This document shows positions 8,519 to 14,991 of a DNA stretch of 14,991 bases, piece by piece. The stretch comes from Planctomycetota bacterium (GTDB lineage: Bacteria > Planctomycetota > Planctomycetia > Pirellulales > Lacipirellulaceae). Position 1 is the stretch's first letter. Each line of letters opens with the position of its first letter. The notes under the pieces are model-generated. The model made no database searches. It had not been told where the DNA came from and was given only the letters and a program-made list of their open reading frames with translations. Both the position numbers and the translations under genes were made by a program. Location: positions 1-14,991 of the forward strand of contig JBCCXZ010000077.1 of NCBI GenBank assembly GCA_039190745.1, read 5' to 3'.

Positions 8519-8715
8519 GCGTCTGTCTCTCGGCCGTAGTGGGTAGCTGATGCGTGGCCGCACCGGTCCTGAGCGGGCCGGCTGTGCGGTTCTTCACGCA
8601 CAACCCTAGGTCAAGCGGAGACGCGACAAGTGCTTGAAACGTTTTCCGGCTCGGTCGGATCGGCTGCGCCAATCGTGCGAACCATTCGGGCCGTACAATC
8701 TGCAGTAGCGAACTG

Positions 8716-9321
8716 CTAATTCAGCAGGTCGTCGCCGTAGCCCGGCGGGAAGATACCGCCTAGATCAGACTTTTTCTGCCGGGGCGCTGGCGTTTCCGGC
8801 CGCTCTGGCTCTCCGGCTTCAGGCGTGCTGAACGCGGCCATCCACTTGCGGACTTCCGCTGGAGAAAGGGGACCGACGGGTTTTTCCGGAAGGGCCGAAC
8901 CGGCTGAGCGGCTCGACTCGTGCCGGCGTTGCCACAACTGGCGGTACCAGACGTCACTGTCCTCAAACCGGGCCCGCCGTCGGCGGGCCGCACGCTGGAC
9001 GCGGTGGTCACTGGAGACGACCAGGAGCTTTCGCGGTGAGTCGTCCGCAGCGATGAGTTCTTCGAGCAGCGTATCCGCGTCGGGGTAGTCAGAAGCGTAA
9101 CGGACAATGATGCCGTCGTGCCGAACGACTCGTGGCAGGCCCGGCGGAGCCTCGGCGGCGTCGAATACAATAGTGGTGCGGGGGCGCTCAGCTTCGTCGA
9201 TCGACTCGGCCAGAAAGTGGAGCAACGCCTCGCGCGACTGCTGCAAAGAGCCGGCCGCGGGGCCAGAGCCGATGAGCCCGGTCACGTGCAGCAGGTTGTA
9301 GCCGTCGATCAACAGGCCCAT
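8716..9321 (-). CDS. NYN domain protein, YacP/Rae1-like PIN-fold ribonuclease (201 aa)
   Basis: Acidic PIN/NYN motifs LLIDGYNLLH, TIVFDA, DADTLLEELI, LLVVSSDHRVQ. Start ATG at 9321 lies 5 nt after the pyrB stop; the track's upstream extension falls inside pyrB. Confidence 0.85.
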   Translation of the reverse strand: MGLLIDGYNLLHVTGLIGSGPAAGSLQQSREALLHFLAESIDEAERPRTTIVFDAAEAPPGLPRVVRHDGIIVRYASDYPDADTLLEELIAADDSPRKLLVVSSDHRVQRAARRRRARFEDSDVWYRQLWQRRHESSRSAGSALPEKPVGPLSPAEVRKWMAAFSTPEAGEPERPETPAPRQKKSDLGGIFPPGYGDDLLN

Positions 9322-9326
9322 GGCGT

Positions 9327-10637
9327 TTAACGGGGCCTGTTTTCGCCGAAGACGTGAGCGGGCGACGCGTCGTCGTCGTAGACGTGGCGGTCCCCGTACT
9401 CGCCGTAGTAGTAGCGGGAAACCTGGTGATCCACGCCGAAGATCGAGGCCAGCAATGCCGCACGGATCCACATCCCGTTGCGTGCCTGGCGGAAGTACAT
9501 CGCCCGGGGGTCGTTGTCGATCTCCGGAGGGATCTCACCGAAGTGCTGGTCTCGCGGGAAGGGGTGCAGGATGGGGGCGTAAGTCTTCATGCGGTGGACC
9601 AGGTCGAGCGTGAGTCGGTACCGGTCGAAATCGATCTGCTCAAACGAAGCCGTGTCTTGGGCGTCGTTGTGTTCTTTCTGGATGCGGGTCATGTAGAGGG
9701 CGTCGAGCTGCTCGATTGCCGGTTTGCCGTCGATCGGTTCTTCGAGCGAGTCGACCTCGAAGTAGCGGACGCCGCGGCGGTCGAGCCGTTCGCGGGTGTC
9801 GGGCCGGAGAGCGAGCGTGGGGTGGTTGGGGGCGAAGAAAATGAGCGTAATCCCCTCGTAGTTCGCCAAGAGCTCGGCCAGCGAGCGGACGGTGCGGCCC
9901 CGGCCGATGTCGCCGCAGAAGCCGTACACTTTGCCAGAGAGACCGCGGGTGAGGCCGGGGTAGGTGGCGGCCATCTGATCGAAGCGGTTGCCTGCGGGGG
10001 AGTCGCGGGGGCTCTGAAACTGGAACGTCCGCTGCAGCGTGTAGACGTCGAGCAACGCCTGCGTGGGGTGTTCGTCGGCGCCGGAGCCGGCGTTGATGAT
10101 CGGCACGCTGCGGTTGCCGCTGCGCTCGAGGTCGTTCATCAGGTAGGCGCAGGCCTCGGAGAGCTTGGCCCGCGGGCTGCGCATGATGATTAGGTCGAAA
10201 TAGCTGCTGAACATGCGGAGCGAGTCGAACCGGGTCTCGCCCTTGGTCTCACTAGAGGTGGAAGGGTCGCGGACCTCGTTGCAGGTGATGCCCAGGATCT
10301 GGCAAGCGGCCATGAACGAGAGGAATGTGCGGGTGGAGGGCTGCGTGAAGTAGAGCATCGCCCGCTTGTGGTGGAGCAGGTTCATAAGGAAGTCCTGCCC
10401 CTCGCGACGCTTGGAAAGCACGCGGATGTGGTCGGCCGTGGCGGCGAGGTCTTCGAGCATGTCGACGGTGAACTGCCCGCCGAAGATAACGTGCCGGAGC
10501 CGCTGCTCGCGCTGCAACTCGGGGACCTTCATGAGGATGGGACGCTCGATCCGATCGCGGTACTGGATCAGGTCGAGGTCGTCCTGCGTGAGCGCAGGTG
10601 TGGTGGGTTCTTCGCCCGACGTTTCGTCGCCCGACAT
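9327..10637 (-). CDS. pyrB: Aspartate carbamoyltransferase catalytic subunit (atypical, 436 aa)
   Basis: Carbamoyl-phosphate motifs PSTRT, SSETKGE, IIMR, HPTQALLD. Aspartate-domain motifs GRTV, TRIQKE, HPFPR, YFRQARNG. AGAGGA Shine-Dalgarno precedes the ATG at 10637. Confidence 0.88.
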   Translation of the reverse strand: MSGDETSGEEPTTPALTQDDLDLIQYRDRIERPILMKVPELQREQRLRHVIFGGQFTVDMLEDLAATADHIRVLSKRREGQDFLMNLLHHKRAMLYFTQPSTRTFLSFMAACQILGITCNEVRDPSTSSETKGETRFDSLRMFSSYFDLIIMRSPRAKLSEACAYLMNDLERSGNRSVPIINAGSGADEHPTQALLDVYTLQRTFQFQSPRDSPAGNRFDQMAATYPGLTRGLSGKVYGFCGDIGRGRTVRSLAELLANYEGITLIFFAPNHPTLALRPDTRERLDRRGVRYFEVDSLEEPIDGKPAIEQLDALYMTRIQKEHNDAQDTASFEQIDFDRYRLTLDLVHRMKTYAPILHPFPRDQHFGEIPPEIDNDPRAMYFRQARNGMWIRAALLASIFGVDHQVSRYYYGEYGDRHVYDDDASPAHVFGENRPR

Positions 10638-10677
10638 AGCGCGTCCTCTGGCTTCGGTGCTGCCGCCTTGCCGCGCC

Positions 10678-10707
10678 GTTATCGCACATCGCGAAATCGG
10701 CCGTCAA
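10678..10707 (-). promoter_or_regulatory. Possible sigma-70-type promoter for pyrB
   Basis: Minus strand reads TTGACG-N18-GATAAC, with TG one base before the -10 (extended -10-like). It lies in the 83-nt yaaA-pyrB gap, about 40 nt upstream of the ATG. Confidence 0.35.
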
Positions 10708-10720
10708 CTGCTGCGGGAGG

Positions 10721-11503
10721 TTAGGCGGGCGCGTCGCGGAGGAACGTGGGGCGGTCCTCTGAGGACTGGCCTGCGTCGTAGCGGTAACCAGCGGCTTGGA
10801 AGTCGCGAACGGCTGACGCACCTTTCTTCGCGGTTTGGGCGAGGTGGCGAGCCATCATGCCGCGGGCTTTCTTGGCGAAGAAGCTTATCACACGGTAGCC
10901 CTTGCCGGTCTTGGCTTTGTCCTTGAAAACCGGCGTGACGACCCTCGCCTTGAGCCCTTCCAGACGAGCGGCTACGGCGTATTCCTGTGAGGCGAGGTTC
11001 ACCACGAGCGGGTCGGCTTGGTCGGCGAGCGTCTTGCGGAGTGTCTTCTGAATCGTGTCGCCCCAGTACTCGTAGAGATTCTTGCCGTGGTCGCCGGCAA
11101 GTTGGGAACCCATTTCCAGGCGGTACGGCTGGATCAGGTCGAGTGGGCGGAGCACCCCGTAGAGGCCGGAGAGGATGCGGACGTGGTCCTGTGTCCAGTC
11201 GAGCTGCTTCGGCGTAAGCGTCTCGGCCTCGAGTCCGAGGTACACATCGCCGCGGAAGGCGAACACGGCCGGCTTTGCCCCCGCGGGGTCAGCTATCTGT
11301 TTCCACGACTGGAAGTAGCCTTGCACTTCGGCAGCGAGATTATCGCTGATGGACATCAGCTTCTTGAGGTCGGCTTCGGAAAGCGACTTGCCGAGGGCGG
11401 CTAGCTTGCGTGCGAGGGCGAGCAGCTCGGGCTTGGTTGTTTCGAGATCGCGGTCGAGCGGGCCGAAGTCGAGCCGCTTGGCGGGGGAAAGGAGGATCAG
11501 CAC
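10721..11503 (-). CDS. yaaA: Peroxide stress protein YaaA (UPF0246)
   Basis: Motifs LILLSPAK, LMSISDNLA, AVFAFRGDVYLGL, ILSGLYGVLRPLDLIQPYRLEMG, VNLASQEY, ISFFAKKARGMMAR; 260 aa; GTG start. Confidence 0.95.
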   Translation of the reverse strand: MLILLSPAKRLDFGPLDRDLETTKPELLALARKLAALGKSLSEADLKKLMSISDNLAAEVQGYFQSWKQIADPAGAKPAVFAFRGDVYLGLEAETLTPKQLDWTQDHVRILSGLYGVLRPLDLIQPYRLEMGSQLAGDHGKNLYEYWGDTIQKTLRKTLADQADPLVVNLASQEYAVAARLEGLKARVVTPVFKDKAKTGKGYRVISFFAKKARGMMARHLAQTAKKGASAVRDFQAAGYRYDAGQSSEDRPTFLRDAPA

Positions 11504-11667
11504 AGTTCAAGAATTCTATCTAAGGGTTTCAATGGCAATGGTACGAGTAGAGGGTGTCCATGAGGTGAGTTAAATCCGTTTGGCTGATCAAAATGGGTTA
11601 GCAGGATGTGCAGGAGAAATGCAACAGTTTGGGATAAGCACACCAGAGCACTGCAGCAGGTAGCGGG

Positions 11668-11973
11668 CTAGTTGATGTGATTCTCGTCCTTCATCTTCAT
11701 GCCGATGCGATATCGCCCGATCACAAAGGAAGCAGTAAGGGCAGCTGCAAGCCACATGTACACCTGATGGCTTTGCGTTACGAACAAACAGGTACAGCCG
11801 AAGGAAAGAACGGCTGCAATTAAGGTCTCTAGTAAACACCTAGCGGGTGGTACCCTCACGCTGAGGGCATTTGTGTGAGCACCCATGCCGGCAGAGATCG
11901 CGCACATTCCTGACCGGAAAGCAAATACCAGTATGTATCCGAGCCCAACAATCGCAGTTTGTGACGCACTCAC
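11668..11973 (-). CDS. Putative small membrane protein (101 aa) in a low-GC islet
   Basis: 3' part of track ORF 11668..12660. GTG at 11973 has GGAG 7 nt upstream and lies 14 nt after the permease stop. Three hydrophobic stretches (AIVGLGYILVFAF, LLETLIAAVLSFGCTCLFV, VYMWLAAALTASFVIG) are followed by a charged tail. No family recognised. Confidence 0.5.
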   Translation of the reverse strand: MSASQTAIVGLGYILVFAFRSGMCAISAGMGAHTNALSVRVPPARCLLETLIAAVLSFGCTCLFVTQSHQVYMWLAAALTASFVIGRYRIGMKMKDENHIN

Positions 11974-11987
11974 ACTGCTTCTCCAGC

Positions 11988-13607
11988 TTATTGCGAGACT
12001 CGCCAGCGGGTGTTGAACAACCAGATCATCAGCAGCAGGAGCAGGCCGTTGTAGAGCAGCGTGAACGCGACGTGGCCAAAGAAAACGAAGGGCTCTGCCG
12101 TGTCGGCGTTGGAGTACTTCTCGACGTCGAGCGGCAGGTTGAAGACGGCACTGAAGGGGCTGAGGAACTCCGCAACCTGCACGGCCGCGGCGGCGGACGA
12201 CTCCGGCAGGAAGAACCGCACAAAAAGCTGCGCGGCCACAGGGGCGACAAAGAGCGTGGCGATCACGAGGTACGAGGCCATCAGGCTGCTGGACGTGCGG
12301 CCGAAGAGCGTCGAGCAGCACAGAGCGGTCGTCGATGTCGTGAGGCAAGCCAAAGCGACGACTACGAAGTACCCGGCCATGGTGGGCAGGTTGTTCCAGT
12401 AGTCGAGCGGCATGATGCAGGCCAGCACCACGGGCCACATGAGGAACGAGGTGAGAACCGTTGCCACGCGGAGGCCAGAGATCAGCTTGCCCCACAGCAT
12501 CTGCCACGGGGTGATCAGCGTGGTAAGAAGCAGGTCGAGCGTCTCGCGCTCGCGTTCGCTGGTGACGCTGCCGGCGGAAAACACAGGCCCGACGAGCACG
12601 TTGAACAGCAGCACGTAGGAGATGTACCACGGCGCGAGCTGCGTGTTGATGTAGAGGCACACCCCCATGACGGGCAGTGCCACGACCATGCTGATCTGGA
12701 TGACCAGCCGCAGCATGAGCGTGCCCTGGCTGAAGATCTCGCTGCGGATCTCCTTGTCGTAGATGGGGTTGGCGTCTTCGGGCAGGAACGTGGTTCGTTT
12801 GGGCGGGGCGAATAGCCGGTCGGGGAACTCGTCTCGCTTGATGTAGAGGCCCACGGCCTGCTCGGCCTCGGTTTCGAGGTCGATGATCTGTTTGCCCTCG
12901 CTGCCGACTTCGGAAGCTTTCATGAGCCGCTTGGTGGTGTCACGCCAAAGGACGGCGCCGATGAGCATTGCGCCGAGCGGGGCGATCGTAGAGACGATGA
13001 TCACTCGGAGCGAGCCGCGGCCTTCCAGGGCGTTCCAGGCGAGCGCCCCGGCCAACGCAAGAGGCAGGATCATCAGGTAGGAGACGACCAGCGATGCGCT
13101 GGTACGCACAAAGTAGCTACTGCACCAGAGGCTGATCATGCCGAACAGCGCGACCGAAGAGATCATCGCGAAGTACGCGGCGAGCACCTCGTAGAACTGT
13201 ACGCCGCCTAGCGGCAGGCAAAGCATTACTATCGGGAGCGACGCGATCATCAGCACCGCCAACTGCGACAACGCGGTGGCGAACTTGCCGAAGACGATGG
13301 CCCCCGGCTTGACGGGGCTGGCCATCAGCATCTCGAAGCTCTTGCGTTCCTTCTCCCCAGTGATGGCGCCGGACGCGAAGCTGGGGGCCATCAGCGAGAC
13401 GAGCACGTATTGGCCGAAAAAGAACAGGTTCACCAGCGCCCTACCCTCGACGGAGCTGGACATGTCGACCTTCTGATCGCCCGGCCACGCGGCGTAGACC
13501 AACAGGCCGAGTGCTCCGACGTAGAAGGCCAGCAGGGCAAACGACCGCGGCAGGCGGAGGTTGGAGACAAGCTCGCGCTGCAGGACGGGGTTATCGAACA
13601 GGTACAT
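11988..13607 (-). CDS. ABC-2 type (GldF/NosY-like) transporter permease with two tandem permease repeats
   Basis: Many hydrophobic segments. Repeated motifs: NPVLQRELVS / NPIYDKEIRS, and ASGAITGEKERKSFEMLMASPVKPGAIVFGKF / SAGSVTSERERETLDLLLTTLITPWQMLWGKL (E.E..T..LL..P.......GK signature). Confidence 0.85.
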   Translation of the reverse strand: MYLFDNPVLQRELVSNLRLPRSFALLAFYVGALGLLVYAAWPGDQKVDMSSSVEGRALVNLFFFGQYVLVSLMAPSFASGAITGEKERKSFEMLMASPVKPGAIVFGKFATALSQLAVLMIASLPIVMLCLPLGGVQFYEVLAAYFAMISSVALFGMISLWCSSYFVRTSASLVVSYLMILPLALAGALAWNALEGRGSLRVIIVSTIAPLGAMLIGAVLWRDTTKRLMKASEVGSEGKQIIDLETEAEQAVGLYIKRDEFPDRLFAPPKRTTFLPEDANPIYDKEIRSEIFSQGTLMLRLVIQISMVVALPVMGVCLYINTQLAPWYISYVLLFNVLVGPVFSAGSVTSERERETLDLLLTTLITPWQMLWGKLISGLRVATVLTSFLMWPVVLACIMPLDYWNNLPTMAGYFVVVALACLTTSTTALCCSTLFGRTSSSLMASYLVIATLFVAPVAAQLFVRFFLPESSAAAAVQVAEFLSPFSAVFNLPLDVEKYSNADTAEPFVFFGHVAFTLLYNGLLLLLMIWLFNTRWRVSQ

Positions 13608-13725
13608 CGCGGGCAGCGTTCGGTGACGGATCGGTACTGGGGGCGACCGCCGAGCGTAGGGCGGCAGCTATGAACGATCGTACCGGCAGCGCGGTGTGAG
13701 GGCGAGCGCTGAAATGGCCGCTGGC

Positions 13726-14712
13726 CTAAGCGATGCGGCGGGCGGCGAGGTCGTCCAGCAGCTCCGAGGCGGGCAGCTCCTGGTAGGGGCGAGTGACCCG
13801 TTTCTCGTCGAATGTGCGGGCTACCTTCTTCACCAGCCGAGAGATCGGCACCAACGGTAGGCTGTAGTGGCGAACGGCCGTGTGGTGCGTGAGGATGCCG
13901 AGAGTGCGATCGAACGATCCGCAGAGGACGTCGTCCGTAGGCAGCGGTTCGGTAGACTCGCTCGCCTTGCGGAAGACCGCTTCGAGGTTGCCGCCCGGGT
14001 TGCCGGTCGATACCGCCTCCAGCCCGGCGCGGGCACCGGTAGCCAGGAGCGTGGCCCGGCTGAAGTTGAACAGGTGCCCCAGGTGCCACTTCTGGTTGGG
14101 AGCCGTGTCGGTCGATTCGACGTCGGGCACCTCGACTACTAGTACGCCGCCGACTTTGAGCGAATTGGCGAGCAGCCGGATCGCCTCGACGGGCTCTTGC
14201 AGGTGTTCGAGCACGTGGAACAGCGTGACGCAGTCGAATGAGCCGGGGGCGAACGGCAGGTCTTCGTAGAAGCCGTTGAAGACGTCGACGCCGTATTGCT
14301 CGGCGGCGAATCGGGCGTAGCCTTCGTTGGGCTCGACGCCGCGGGCCTCGTAGCCGGCGGCCCGGCAGGCGTGGAGGAACTCACCGCCGCCGGAGCCCGC
14401 GTCGAGCACCCGCGCGCCCGGCGTGAGGTGTGCGTTGACCCGATCGAGTCGCGCGTGCGCGTTGCGGCCGGCGCGCAGGATGTGTTTCAGCTTGGGCGTG
14501 TGCGTCTGCTTGTACTGCAGACGGTACTCTTCGCTGTAGAAGCGGCGGACCTCGTCGTCGGTCGGGCGGGGGTCGGTGAAGACCAGCCCGCTTTCCGTGG
14601 AGATCACGGTGCGGAGCGGCTTGCCGTGGCGGTCTTTCTCGGCGACGACCACCGCGTCGCGGCTGCCGGTAAGGCAGCAGGGGGTTTCGGTGACGACCGT
14701 GTCGAGACGCAT
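13726..14712 (-). CDS. Class I SAM-dependent methyltransferase (328 aa), substrate unknown
   Basis: Motif I VLDAGSGGGEF, GVEPN, FDCVTLFHVLEHL, LKVGGVLVVEVP. ATG at 14712 is preceded by GGAG; the track start at 14787 (TTG) is probably too long. Confidence 0.88.
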   Translation of the reverse strand: MRLDTVVTETPCCLTGSRDAVVVAEKDRHGKPLRTVISTESGLVFTDPRPTDDEVRRFYSEEYRLQYKQTHTPKLKHILRAGRNAHARLDRVNAHLTPGARVLDAGSGGGEFLHACRAAGYEARGVEPNEGYARFAAEQYGVDVFNGFYEDLPFAPGSFDCVTLFHVLEHLQEPVEAIRLLANSLKVGGVLVVEVPDVESTDTAPNQKWHLGHLFNFSRATLLATGARAGLEAVSTGNPGGNLEAVFRKASESTEPLPTDDVLCGSFDRTLGILTHHTAVRHYSLPLVPISRLVKKVARTFDEKRVTRPYQELPASELLDDLAARRIA

Positions 14713-14816
14713 GAACGGGCTCCGCCGGGGGGTAGTGCGCACTATACGCGGGCGGAGGAGTGTCCGGATTGGCCGTGGCAGCGTCAAGGCCAGCGCGGCA
14801 TTGAGTTGCAGCGCAT

Positions 14817-14991
14817 CTAGTAGCTGCGGGGGCGGACGTTGCCCAGCACCCGGCTCGGCAGGCCGTGCAGGCGGAGGAAGCCCTCGGCGTCGGTCTGGTC
14901 GTAGCTGCCGCCGCCCTCCATGCTAGCGATCTCGGCGTCGTACAGGCTGTTCGGGCTGGTGCGGCCTTGGATCATGACGTTGCCCTTGTAG
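14817..14991 (-). CDS. argG: Argininosuccinate synthase, C-terminal 57 aa (5'-truncated by window edge)
   Basis: Manual translation from 14990 gives YKGNVMIQGRTSPNSLYDAEIASMEGGGSYDQTDAEGFLRLHGLPSRVLGNVRPRSY*. This matches the ArgG C-terminal pattern YKG....GR.SP.SLY...A......YDQ.DA.GF..L.GL. Not in the ORF track. Confidence 0.9.
   Translation of the reverse strand, partial: YKGNVMIQGRTSPNSLYDAEIASMEGGGSYDQTDAEGFLRLHGLPSRVLGNVRPRSY

Noticed and set aside
8657..8686. GCCGATCC and TCGCACG...GCGCA upstream of cheA as sigma-28 or sigma-54 promoters
   Set aside because: There is no TAAA-like -35 at 15-16 nt, and the invariant -24 GG needed for sigma-54 is missing at the right spacing.
9327..10637. 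Possibility that the carbamoyltransferase is ArgF (OTCase), forming an arginine cluster with argG
   Set aside because: It has aspartate-specific GRT, R.Q.E and HP.PR motifs and lacks the OTCase SMG and HCLP motifs. argG is ~4 kb away with unrelated genes between.
11588..11839. 83-aa Cys-rich ORF (CSCPYCFLC) in the low-GC islet
   Set aside because: It overlaps the better-supported 101-aa ORF in another frame and has no evident Shine-Dalgarno. It cannot be fully excluded without Ribo-seq.
11853..11867. Small hairpin CCCTCA-CGC-TGAGGG
   Set aside because: A 6-bp stem with no U-tract, inside the candidate ORF; not supportable as a terminator.
11974..12660. 5' two-thirds of the 330-aa track ORF 11668..12660
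   Set aside because: It overlaps the permease out of frame with Arg/His-rich low-information sequence. Only the part downstream of the permease stop is kept as a candidate gene.

Overview
High-GC bacterial DNA; the gene set looks planctomycete-like, but that is an inference. The left end (+ strand) holds the 3' end of a response regulator and a short histidine kinase with no sensor domain. Everything else is on the - strand. In transcription order: the 3' end of argG, a class I SAM methyltransferase, an internally duplicated ABC-2-type permease, a ~50% GC islet with a probable 101-aa membrane ORF, yaaA, an atypical aspartate carbamoyltransferase (pyrB), a YacP/Rae1-like NYN nuclease, and a chemosensory operon (hybrid cheA[Hpt-kinase-CheW-CheW-REC], cheW, MCP, cheB, cheR) with no stand-alone cheY. 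I saw no mobile elements, CRISPR arrays, tRNAs or rRNAs, and no clearly new system is demonstrated. The best leads are the CheY-less Che cluster converging on the sensor-less kinase/regulator pair, a probable internal sigma-28 promoter at the cheA stop, the plant-like ATCase coupled to a NYN nuclease, the structured cheA upstream region, and the low-GC islet.
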